Assembly (NCBI GenBank): GCA_965240325.2
Contig: OZ251224.1
Coordinates: 1,240,001 to 1,304,000 of the forward strand
Length of the DNA: 64,000 bases
Source of the DNA: Rebecca billardiae RCC1528
Taxonomy: Eukaryota; Protista; Haptophyta
Reading direction: 5' to 3'
Shown here: one piece after another, positions 10,395 to 20,103 of the stretch
How the letters are laid out: each line of letters begins with the position of its first letter
How positions within the stretch are numbered: position 1 is the first letter of the stretch
The notes under the pieces: model-generated
Told to the model about the DNA's origin: nothing
The model's input: only the letters and a program-made list of their open reading frames with translations
The model's database searches: none
Translations under genes and position numbers: made by a program

Positions 10395-13300
10395 ATGGCG
10401 GCCGACGATGCATGCGCACGTGGACACACCACCCGCCCACATTGGGCTGACGGGCAGCCGCCAGACGACGTGGCCGACCTGTACCTGCACGCCGTGGACG
10501 CGTTCGCCGAGGAGGTGGCACTCGTCGCACACCACGGCGAGGCGTGGACGTACGCGCAGCTGTTTGGGCGGGCGGTGGCCTGCTGCGCGCTGCTGCGGGC
10601 CGCGCATGGCGTCCGCGACGGGCAAGTCGTCGCTGTCGCGATCGACGAGGGCGCTGAGCTCGCGCTCGCACTGGTCACGCTTATGATCGTCGGCGCGGTC
10701 ATCGTGCCCCTCAACGCGTCTGATCCGCCCGGGCGCCTGCGCGGCATGCTCGATGACGCGGCTGCCACGCTCGTGATCGGCGCCGCCGCGCACATGCCAC
10801 TGCTTGCGCGGCTGGGCGTGCAGGCGGTCGATGCCGCCGCGCTCGTGGCGGCGGGGCCCGCAGATCTTGGCAGCACTCGCAGCGAGCTCGGCGCGTGCGC
10901 GCGCAGAGGCCGCGACACGCCCCGCGCCCTCTCGCACATCTTCTTCACCTCGGGCTCGACCGGTCGGCCGAAGGGGTGCGTGGTGTCGCGGCGCGCGCTC
11001 GGAGCCTTCTGCCCCGCCAACTGCCAGGCGCGCGCGGTCGAGCGTGGCGACGTGGTGCTCGTCGCGAGCCCGCTCACCTTCGACCCCTGCCTCGGAGACG
11101 TGGCGTCGGCGCTCACCTGCGGCGCGGCGCTCGCGCTCGCGCCGCGCGCCGCACTCGCGGCCGACCTGCGCGGCTGCATCGAGCGCGCGCGCGCCACACA
11201 CGTCACCACCACACCGACGGCGTGGCGCGCCGTCGACGCCGGCGCGGCGCCGCCGCCGTCGCTCAAGGTGGTCGCGCTGGGCGGCGAGCCCATGCCAACC
11301 GCGCTCGCGGACGCGTGGGGCGGCCGCGTGTCCCTCTTCAACACGTACGGCACCACCGAGTGCACCGTCTACCAGGCGGCCGCGCGCGTGCGCTCCGGCG
11401 CGGACGCGCGGCTGGTGGGCGGCGCGTATCACGGCACAGTGCTGCTGCTGGCCGCGGCCGAGGGCTCGGACTGGCGGCGCACGGTGGAGGAGGGCAGCGG
11501 CGAGGTGGGCGAGATCTGGATCGGCGGCGCGCAGGTGGGCGAGGGCTACCTCTGCGCCGAGCGCGACTCGGCCGCAGACCGCTTCGTCGAGCTGAGCGAC
11601 GCCGACGACGTGGCCCTCGCGCACGGCTGCCGCCGGCTGTTTCGGACGGGCGACTTGGCGCGCGCGAGTGCGCGCGGCTGGGAGCTGTGCGGCCGGCGGG
11701 ACGCGATGGTCAAGGTACGAGGCCGGCGGCTGGAGTGTGGGGAGGTCGAGGCGGCGGTGGAGAGCGCGGCGCCTCTCCTCGTGAGCGCCGTGTGCGCCCA
11801 CACAGACGCGAGCGGCGCGCTCGTCGCGTGGTGCGCCCTCCGCGCAGCCCCCGGGCCGGGCGGCGCCGAGGGTGGCGGAGCTGAGCTCAGCGCGCGCGAT
11901 GGCGACCGCGCCCCGCCGTCCAAGGCCGACGGGGCGCGGGAGGGCAGGGCGTGCGCCGCGGAGCAGCGCGAGCGCGTCACATGCCGCGCGCTCCGCGCCC
12001 TCACCGCACGCACCGTGCCCGCGTGGATGGTGCCAGCGCGCTTCTGCCCCACCCCGGGAGGCGCGCTGCCGACCACAGCGAGCGGCAAGGTGGACCGGCA
12101 CGCGATGCGCGCGGCGGCGGAGGCGACGCCGGCGCTCCCGGAGGCGGAGGGTGGGCACGGTCTGCGCACGCCGGCCGAGCGCGCGGTCGCGCGCGCGTGG
12201 GCGATCGCGCTTGACCTGCCAGAGGCCTCGCTCGGTCCGGACTCCGACTTCCTTGAGCTCGGCGGCGAGTCGCTCGCGGCGCTGCGCGCGTGCCGCGAGC
12301 TCGCGCGGCAGGAGCGGGCGGCGTCGGGCGCGACGCCGGGCGCGGCCTCGGCCCAGCTGCCCGCCGGGCGCGTGGACGCCGATCCCTGGGGCGCGGTGCT
12401 GGCGGTCGGCCCCCTCGAGCTGCTCCGCCGCCCGGTGCTGCGGGACTTTGCGAGGTACGCGCGACCACACCTCGATCTCGAGCTCGAGATGCGCGGAGGG
12501 GGAGAGGAGGCGGCGGCGCAGGATGGCGCGAGCGCGGCGGGCGCGGCACGCCGCGCGCCGGAGAGCGGCGAGGAGCGCGACGACGACGACGACGACGACG
12601 ACGACGGCGGGGCTGAGGAGGGGGGCAGCGCGGAGGGCGGCGCGCTGGCGGACGCGCAGCTCGCCGCCCTCGCGTGCCGCGCCGCCGCGCTCGGCCTGCC
12701 CCTCGTGCTGCGCCAGCTGGTGCTGGGCGTCGCAGCGTGCCGCGCCGCGCTGCCGCGGATCGTGCGCGCCGCGTGCGCGGACGGGCAGCTCGGCTGCGTC
12801 AGCGAGTGCCTCGACATCGAGCGCGGCTGTGCGCGCGAGAAGGCTCTGAACGGCGAGCGCGCCATGCACGCGGCCGCGCGCTCGCCCGAGCCTGCCGTCG
12901 TGTCCGCCATCGCGAGCGCGGGCGGCTCCACAGCGGAGGCTGACGCGGACGGACAGACCCCGTGGCACAAGGCGGCGCGTGCCGGTGCTTCGGCGCGCGT
13001 GCTCGACGCGCTCGCGGACGCCGCAGCCGCGGCGGGCGCGCGCACCGCGGCGTCCAGCCGGGCTCGTCGAGCAGCCCCCCGCCGCGGCGGAGCCGGCGGC
13101 GGCCACCGGCACAAGCGCGAGATCGACGCGTCAGCGGCGGCAGCCATCGTGACCGCCGAGCTGGGGCTGCTCGACCGGTGGCAGCGCACGCCGCTGCACT
13201 GGGCGGCGCTCAACGGGCACGCGCACGTCGCGGAGTGGTTGCTCCGCGCGGGCGCGGACAAGAATGCGATCGACGCCGAGCACGAGACAGCGCTGCAGAT

Positions 13301-13436
13301 GGCGGAGCGCCGCGCGCTCTGCTCCGCGGCCGATCGTGCGGGTGCAGGCCCGCCCGCGCGATGGTCGTCCGTCGCAAAGGTGCTTGGCGGCGCGGGCACG
13401 ACGCGCGCGCTCAAGGCCAAGCAGCTGCCACACTGA
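10395..13436 (+). CDS. NRPS-like protein: adenylation domain - carrier (PCP) domain - ankyrin repeats
   Basis: A-domain motifs FTSGSTGRPKG, YGTTE, GEIWIGGAQVGEGYL, FRTGD, VKVRGRR and TASGKVDR. PCP motif DFLELGGES. Ankyrin motifs GQTPWHKAA and RTPLHWAALNGHAHVAEWLLRAGAD. Start placed at ATG 10395 because the upstream part of the ORF overlaps the RPA34-like gene. Confidence 0.85.
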   Translation: MAADDACARGHTTRPHWADGQPPDDVADLYLHAVDAFAEEVALVAHHGEAWTYAQLFGRAVACCALLRAAHGVRDGQVVAVAIDEGAELALALVTLMIVGAVIVPLNASDPPGRLRGMLDDAAATLVIGAAAHMPLLARLGVQAVDAAALVAAGPADLGSTRSELGACARRGRDTPRALSHIFFTSGSTGRPKGCVVSRRALGAFCPANCQARAVERGDVVLVASPLTFDPCLGDVASALTCGAALALAPRAALAADLRGCIERARATHVTTTPTAWRAVDAGAAPPPSLKVVALGGEPMPTALADAWGGRVSLFNTYGTTECTVYQAAARVRSGADARLVGGAYHGTVLLLAAAEGSDWRRTVEEGSGEVGEIWIGGAQVGEGYLCAERDSAADRFVELSDADDVALAHGCRRLFRTGDLARASARGWELCGRRDAMVKVRGRRLECGEVEAAVESAAPLLVSAVCAHTDASGALVAWCALRAAPGPGGAEGGGAELSARDGDRAPPSKADGAREGRACAAEQRERVTCRALRALTARTVPAWMVPARFCPTPGGALPTTASGKVDRHAMRAAAEATPALPEAEGGHGLRTPAERAVARAWAIALDLPEASLGPDSDFLELGGESLAALRACRELARQERAASGATPGAASAQLPAGRVDADPWGAVLAVGPLELLRRPVLRDFARYARPHLDLELEMRGGGEEAAAQDGASAAGAARRAPESGEERDDDDDDDDDGGAEEGGSAEGGALADAQLAALACRAAALGLPLVLRQLVLGVAACRAALPRIVRAACADGQLGCVSECLDIERGCAREKALNGERAMHAAARSPEPAVVSAIASAGGSTAEADADGQTPWHKAARAGASARVLDALADAAAAAGARTAASSRARRAAPRRGGAGGGHRHKREIDASAAAAIVTAELGLLDRWQRTPLHWAALNGHAHVAEWLLRAGADKNAIDAEHETALQMAERRALCSAADRAGAGPPARWSSVAKVLGGAGTTRALKAKQLPH

Positions 13437-13501
13437 CGACAGGCTCGAGATGAGCTGTCGTCGCTGGCTGATGATGAGCTACCACAGTACGACTTCGACT
13501 G

Positions 13502-13570
13502 ATTCTATGAGTTAACGACACAGGTATGACGGCGCAGGTCTCCTGATTCGTCGGCGGCAGTGCTCGATCG
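13502..13570 (+). repeat. ~70-bp dispersed repeat, copy of 6907-6975
   Basis: Direct alignment with few mismatches. Confidence 0.75.
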
Positions 13571-13722
13571 ATACAGTACTCATCATCAGCATCATTGGCA
13601 GTAGCCTACTGTACTGAGTAGCAGTATAGTCGTCATCTTTCTTAGTCTGTACAAGTACCGCGTCGTTATTCCTGTAATTAATACAGCACCAGCAAGGTTC
13701 AAGGTCGGGCGCTGAACAGAAA

Positions 13723-14418
13723 GTGATGATGGCGGCGGTGTTACTCCTGCCCGCGGTGCTTGCTTGGCCGGGGGCTACGCATGGTAGGGCACATGGGCAT
13801 GGCAATGGCTTGCTCGGCGCCACGCATGCGAGGATGCATGCGCATGGCCCTCGAGCAGCGCACCCTGGTGCTGCGTCGAGGGTGGTCGCATCGGCATCGA
13901 GGGACAGGCTGGTCCAAATTCGATCCGCGACAGCTGCGGACGCTGGCATCATTCGCGACTTTGTGCTGGAGCTCGCGCGATATGTTGGTATGGAGGACCA
14001 GGCGAAATTGAGTAGAGATGACTTCGCCACGGACCTGAGCGCAGGGCTATACTGGTGCGCGATTGCATCTCTGGACGAAGCGCCCGTGGGTTTCGCCCTC
14101 TGCTATTACACCTACTCCACGTGGGAGGGCAAGGGGCTGTACTTGGAGGACCTCTTTGTCCGACCGGATGCTCGCGGGCAAGGTGTAGGCATGAGTCTGA
14201 TGACGGCTGTCGCACAACGCGCGCTTGATAGCGGCTGCGCGCGCTTGCAGTGGCAGACCCTGGACACGAACCAGAATGCAATCGCATTCTACACGGGCCC
14301 ACGGATCGGAGCGAGTGAGCGCGTGGAAGACAATGATGTGCGCTGGTGCAACCTCATCATGCGGTCTCCGGAGATGAAGGCATTCGTGCAACGCGAGGTG
14401 CGGGGGGCTCACGAGTAG
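13723..14418 (+). CDS. GNAT acetyltransferase (diamine/SSAT-like) with N-terminal signal or targeting peptide
   Basis: Contains IRSATAADAGIIRDFVLELARY and GFALCYYTYSTWEGKGLYLEDLFVRPDARGQGVG...NAIAFY. Hydrophobic N-terminus followed by a His/Ala/Arg-rich transit-like segment. Confidence 0.85.
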   Translation: MMMAAVLLLPAVLAWPGATHGRAHGHGNGLLGATHARMHAHGPRAAHPGAASRVVASASRDRLVQIRSATAADAGIIRDFVLELARYVGMEDQAKLSRDDFATDLSAGLYWCAIASLDEAPVGFALCYYTYSTWEGKGLYLEDLFVRPDARGQGVGMSLMTAVAQRALDSGCARLQWQTLDTNQNAIAFYTGPRIGASERVEDNDVRWCNLIMRSPEMKAFVQREVRGAHE

Positions 14419-15406
14419 CTAGCGGGGCGTGCGCACATTCTCTTGCATGACGCTCAGCCGAGTGGCGGTGGTGCCAGCGTCATGATTCATGACTGACGTG
14501 GCTGAGCACTGGCTGGATACTCATCAAGCTTAGCTAGACTTAGCGAGTCTCTAGTCGATCCTGGATACTAGCTTAGTCGCCGCAGAGCGCCAAGATGATG
14601 TGGCGCGATGATGCGCGGCTGGGGATGATGCGCGGCGGCTGGCCGCTCGGATTGCTGCGCACGGCTGCGGCAGTGCCACTGTCACTGATGGTCCCGGAGT
14701 CCCCGGGACCGTTGGCACGACGATGCAGTTCGCAGCAGGTATAGTTCGCTCACGCATCATCGTCGCGGTATTCGCGGTGCAATGCCAATGGGCTCATCAC
14801 AGCCTCGTTACCGACGTCGTCCGAAGCGTGACAGCTGCTGATCATCGATCATCATCATCGCATCATCATCTTATATGCGCTGCTCGGCGGCGGTTATTAT
14901 TATAACGACAAAATCATCGGTCGTTATTCCGATGGATTCGTCTGAAACGTCGTCACCACTTTGACTTACTTACACCCGTCGGCCGTCGGAGTCAGTACTA
15001 TGTACTCTGTAGCCGTACACTCAGTACTCAGTGGCCGATGGCGGATCATGGATCGTACGTGGTTGATACTGACACAGTAACTGACACCACTAAGCGCTGT
15101 GCAGTGTACAGTGACTCAGTGAGTGCGCAATGTATACGTCCGATGAGAGTCGCGGACCGGACGGGCCACGTGGCACGTTGCCGTGGGCGTAGGCGCGGCG
15201 ACCCGCGCGCCGCGCCAGCAATCAGCAATGGCCGCAATACAGCAGCCACCCCCCCAACGCCGCCACGTGCCCTTGCCCAGCGGGCGAACTTGCCATCAAG
15301 TTGGAGGATGGCGCGCCGCTCCACGACGCTGCGCGCCGTACGGCACACTCTCCAACGGCACACGTCCTCAGGAATGTGGCTGAGGGCACGCAGCGGCGGC
15401 GCTCAA

Positions 15407-16729
15407 TCAATCCCGCTTGGTGTGCTTGCCGGGCCCGAAGGCGGCACGCAGCAGCACGTGCACGAGCATGGCCAAGGCGCCGCCCTGAAGCATGCCGTAG
15501 CGGTTGCACAGCAGCAGCGTCAAGCAGGCGGTGGCGTAGTGAGCCGTTGGCGCGCACCCGCTCACCAGCGAGTCCCACAGGAAGTCGAAGCCAGCGTACG
15601 CGCAGACAGTGGCGATGACCGCGCGCGGCACAAAGCCGATGACCGCAAACGTCTCGTGCACCACGAGGAAGACCATCGCGCAGACCACGGCGACCCAGCT
15701 CGATGCGCGGGTCAGCCCGCCGCACTTCTCGTGCACCGCCGTGTTCGAGAGCGCCAGGTAGTTGCTGGCGCCCGCCACGCAGCCGGCAGCCACCACCGCC
15801 GTGCCGTGCGCGCGCATCTCAGTCGGGACGTCGAGCTGCGTCGTGCTCTGGGCGAGGGCGAGGTTGAGGCACGTGTTCAGGATCGGGCCGACGAGTGCGG
15901 CGGAGACGACGTGGGACAGCCCGGGCCCACGGAGCAGCAGGTCCCAGCGCACCGCGCGCACGTCGAGCGACGCCCACAGCGTCCAGAACGGCCGGCCCTC
16001 GGTCGAGGGCAGCAGCCAGTGCGCAGACTGCGCCTCCTCGACCGACATGCCGCTGCCGACGCGCATGGCGTGCACGAGGGCGAAGACGAGGACGAGGGTG
16101 AGCGGCACGATCATGGGGTGCTCGCTCGAGCGCAACAGCAGCCAGAGCACCGCCCCCGCCGCCTGGCCCGGCAGCCAGAGCGCCACGCCGCTGCGTGTCG
16201 TCAGAAGCGCTTCGTTCTGCAGCAGCTCCGGCAGCGTCAGCGACGTCACGAGCTCGATGCTCATGTTCCACAGGTTCCAGCCGATCACGGCGAGGACGCC
16301 CGCCTTGACGGGCTCGGGGATCATCTCCGGCAGCCTCGCCGCCGCCGGGTGCCACGACATGGCGGTGAGCACCAGACCGGCAAGCACGCTCACGAGCGAT
16401 GCGCCGACAATCACTGTCGAGATCAGCTGGCATGTGGTATGCACCTCGGACTGGACCTCAGCGACCAGGTACGCGGCGAGCTGGCAGAGGCCAGGCATCA
16501 CCTCGTACCCAGGCGGCGTGATCATTGGCTGCTCGCATCGACTGCGCATCGTGACGAACGCCTGCGTGACGATGAAGCCGATGAGGTAATGCTTCACGGC
16601 AATGTCAAGGCTCGGCTCAAGGACGGGCCCCACGAAGAGCAGGGCCGAGAGCCCCGTGCAGTCGATGAAGACGTTCAGCCCGGTGAATATGCCGGCGACA
16701 AAGTCGCCGGCAGCCGACGCCGTCGCCAT
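15407..16729 (-). CDS. SLC26/SulP-like anion transporter (TM domain only)
   Basis: About 12 hydrophobic segments. DFVAGIFTGL, IPEPVKAGVLAVIG, EMRAHG and FVPRAVIA resemble SulP motifs. Confidence 0.6.
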   Translation of the reverse strand: MATASAAGDFVAGIFTGLNVFIDCTGLSALLFVGPVLEPSLDIAVKHYLIGFIVTQAFVTMRSRCEQPMITPPGYEVMPGLCQLAAYLVAEVQSEVHTTCQLISTVIVGASLVSVLAGLVLTAMSWHPAAARLPEMIPEPVKAGVLAVIGWNLWNMSIELVTSLTLPELLQNEALLTTRSGVALWLPGQAAGAVLWLLLRSSEHPMIVPLTLVLVFALVHAMRVGSGMSVEEAQSAHWLLPSTEGRPFWTLWASLDVRAVRWDLLLRGPGLSHVVSAALVGPILNTCLNLALAQSTTQLDVPTEMRAHGTAVVAAGCVAGASNYLALSNTAVHEKCGGLTRASSWVAVVCAMVFLVVHETFAVIGFVPRAVIATVCAYAGFDFLWDSLVSGCAPTAHYATACLTLLLCNRYGMLQGGALAMLVHVLLRAAFGPGKHTKRD

Positions 16730-16862
16730 GGGAGTGCACGAGGCTCGGCTTGCTGATCGGCGGCGGCCGTATTACTCAGTCGCCACTCGCCACCGTCCGG
16801 ACACATCTGCTCCCGGACTCGGGCCAGCCGCGCGCGCCGCAAGCGTCGCGATCGAGCAGACT

Positions 16863-18311
16863 ATGGCGGACGCGCCGCTCAACGCGCCCGTGCTGGTGAC
16901 TGCACGCGCATGGCGACCGCCGCGTCCGCGCGGTGGTATCGGCACTGACGGCGAGCCCCCACATCGTGCCCACGCGCTGTAATCCCTCCCCCACGCTGGG
17001 CGCTCGCAGGCCCCCACACACGCGGTGCGGGCAGAGCCTAAGGATGTGGTCGTGCATCCGATCGTGCTGCTGAACGCGGTGGATCACTACAACCGCGTCG
17101 CGCGCGACACGAAGCGGCGCGTAGTCGGGATTCTTCTCGGCGAGATCTCGAGGGTACGCGCTTCGCCCGCCTGCCTGCGTATTTCCCGTCGTGCGGCGCG
17201 ACCGCGCGGCATCCTGACGCGCCGCGCCAATCGTTCGACACTCGCTCGCGCGTGCAGGGCACGTACGACATCACGGCATCGTTTGCTGTGCCATTCGAGG
17301 AGGACGAGAAGGATCCATCCATCTGGTTCCTCGACCACAACTTCCTCGAGAACATGCACGCCATGTTCAAGAAAGTGAACGCGCGCGAGAAGATCATCGG
17401 CTGGTATTCGACTGGGCCGCGCATCCGCCCTGGGGTGCGCGCTCGGCACGCGGCGCGCGGCGCACGCGGAGCTCTCGGCAGCCTTCCCCGCGTGGCATTG
17501 CCAGCGCCGTTCCTCCCCAGGCGGCATGCCAGCACCGTAGCTGCTTGCCGCCGCCGCCCGTGCCGGACATGACCACATTCGCTGTTCTGGCGCGCGCGCC
17601 GACGCCCTGGCCGTTGCCCCCGCCCCCGCCGCGCAGGACATCAACATTGACAAGCTGATCCGCAGGTACACGCCCACGCCGTGCTACGTGATCATCGACG
17701 TGAAGCCGGTGTCGATGAAGATCCCGACGACGGCATACTACGCGGCGGAGGAGTCGAAGGGCGACGGCAACCCGCCGCAGTGGACCTTCAAGCACATGCC
17801 GTCCGAGATTGGCGCGCTCGAGGCGGAGGAGGTGGGCGTGGAGCACTTGCTGCGCGACGTCAAGGACACCACCATCTCGACGCTGGCCAACCAGGTCACG
17901 AGCAAGCTGGCGGCGATCAGGGGCCTGCAGGAGCGGCTAGGCGAGATCGACACGTACCTGAAGCAGGTGCTCGATGGCAAGCTCCCGATCAACCACCAGA
18001 TCATGTACATGCTGCAGGACGTGTTCAACCTGCTGCCCAACATCGCGGTCGAGGAGCTCGTGCGAGCCATGTCGATCAAGACCAACGACATGTCGCTCGC
18101 CATCTACCTGGCGTCGATCATCCGCTCCGTCGTCGCGCTGCACAACCTCATCAACAACAAGCTGGTGAACAAGGAGCGCGAGAAGTCCGCCGAGGAGAAG
18201 GAGAAGGAGCGCGAGCGGGAATCCAAGGACGCCAAGGAGAAAAAGGGTGCCGCGAGCAAGGAGGGCGGCGCGGCGGCCAGCAAGGCGGACAAGCCCAATG
18301 CTGACAAGTGA
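16863..18311 (+). CDS. RPN8: 26S proteasome lid subunit RPN8/PSMD7 (4 exons)
   Basis: Exon peptides [17 protein letters not shown]...RRVVGILLG / [47 protein letters not shown] / [20 protein letters not shown]. Introns at about 17154-17257 and 17435-17636; the first intron boundaries are approximate. Confidence 0.93.
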
Positions 18312-19092
18312 TCGAGGCGGAGTTTGGCGCCAGCCGGCTGCCGACGACGCGCTGACGAAGCCGGATGGCGGCCGTTCTGCCCGCTGCTGACCCAACCAAT
18401 TCGGGCGTCGGCAGGCCGCTGCTGATGGTCAAAGCAGCTTCTGCGGCAGCACTGCGGCTGTCGACTGTCGGCCTGTCGAGACTCGAGTGTCGGCTGCGCT
18501 CGCGGCCGCACGCGCGCTGTCACATATGTCACATATATAGGACTTCGTTTATGGCGGGCCGTAACTAAGCTAGCGTATATTATTTTGACTACTGATTTCA
18601 TCAATGATTGAAATCATTTGAAATGAAATAATCCGTAAATGTAATCGCCTATGCTGATAAGTGATCGATAATGATTGCCTGTGCTGTCCGCCGCGACAGT
18701 GCCTAGCAGCTAGCTCGGTGCAGTGCGTGACTCAGTGCCGAGTGCGACGGTGCAGTGATGCTGATGATTTACGAATAATTATTAACGAGTCTCGGTATAT
18801 TGCCGTGATCGTCATCCGTTAGTAGCTAAGTGAGCAATACATCGTTACCAGCTGACGGACTGAGTCCAGAGTGAGACTCACTCACAGGTGGTATTACTTT
18901 CTATTAAGCTAAGCTACTGATATTGGCCCGGGTATAGTTACCGTAATCTAAGCCGGTAGAAGGCTAGCTATGCTGCAGCGCTAGCTTTTTGAAATTAGTT
19001 AGAAAGTAGTTCGGCTCAGTCTAAACCGGTCTGAAGGGGCGCCTGGTGATATGATACAGTACTCTGCTGCTCATCATTGAGTCAGACTCTTA

Positions 19093-19111
19093 GACGGACG
19101 ACGAGTGCGTC

Positions 19112-19188
<77 letters not shown>
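19093..19188. repeat. (TA)n microsatellite
   Basis: Seen directly. Confidence 0.98.
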
Positions 19189-19192
<4 letters not shown>

Positions 19193-19310
19193 GTTATTAA
19201 TGGAGTATCATCTTCATGATATCTATGTATGCCAGTCGTAAGCTACTCGCTTAAGACTTCAGTCACTTATTAGCTAGTAAGCTAAGCGCGCGCTCACTCG
19301 ATCTGATCTA

Positions 19311-19370
19311 CGGTCAGTGGTTTCTGTGGTTTGAGGTTGGTCAGGTTGGTTGGGTGGGGGTGGTGGCTGG
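19311..19370 (+). repeat. Left fragment of a foldback/MITE arm interrupted by the virus
   Basis: cggtcagtggttt...gaggttgg...gggtggtgg matches the start of the arm at 40104 and the reverse complement of the arm ending at 33403. Confidence 0.65.
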
Positions 19371-19614
19371 AGAGAGAGGGTATTACCTACTCACCAGGAC
19401 AGTTTACCCCCGGCCGCCGCGCCGTCACAAAATGGCCGGCACTCGCAGGTCATTTTCGCGCATCCGCGCACACCCTCCATCCCTCCCGCCCCTCCGAAAT
19501 CACCGGTGTTTGCCACCCGAAACGAGACTGGCAAATGCCGGTGATTTTCGCGCTGAAAACCATGCTTTCACAAGCGAAAATTTAGACGCCACTTCGATAC
19601 ACTGCGCGCTACGA
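19370..19614 (+). repeat. Left terminal inverted repeat (245 bp)
   Basis: gagagagagggtattacctactcaccagg...actgcgcgctacga is the reverse complement of 32859-33103. Confidence 0.95.
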
Positions 19615-19706
19615 TCCCGCCAAGACAAACCGAGGGCGGCCGCCGAAGCTTGCGAGCCGGCCAAGAACTACCAGTGATCCAAGGCCGAAGCTTTCGGATC
19701 TCGCTT

Positions 19707-19902
19707 TTCACCAGGACAGACCAGCGCATGCCAGTAAAACTCGCGAGGCGACCATGATTTTACCGGTGAAGCTTCGGGATCTCACTTTTAGAGGCCACTT
19801 CGAGCACTCCGCCAGGTTTTTCCACCAGGACAGACCAGAGCCCGCCAGTAAAAAAAGGCGACCATGCCGGCGAAGCTTCGGGGTCTCAACTTTAGAGAGG
19901 CC
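19707..19902 (+). repeat. Subterminal degenerate direct repeats (~90 bp x2)
   Basis: caccaggacagaccag...ccagtaaaa...ggcgaccatg...gaagcttcggg.tctc..ctttagag occurs at ~19709 and ~19823. Confidence 0.7.
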
Positions 19903-20103
19903 GACCATCCCCAAAACATATTTCGATCCGCACTTAAGACTTGGGCCGAGCTCGCGCGACGATGTCGGCATCCCGGGCGGCCGCCGCCGACCCTCAGCCG
20001 CCGACCCGCCATCCGCGGAAAAAACTTAGGACTTGGGGGCCGAGCCAGCGGCGGACCAAAAGTGCGTTAGTTTGCAACGAAAATTTTCTGCGCCAGAGTA
20101 AGA

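Noticed and set aside
19331-19677. Short ORFs within the TIRs (and mirror ORFs at 32808-33245)
   Set aside because: They cross element boundaries, have no motifs, and are duplicated only because the TIR is.
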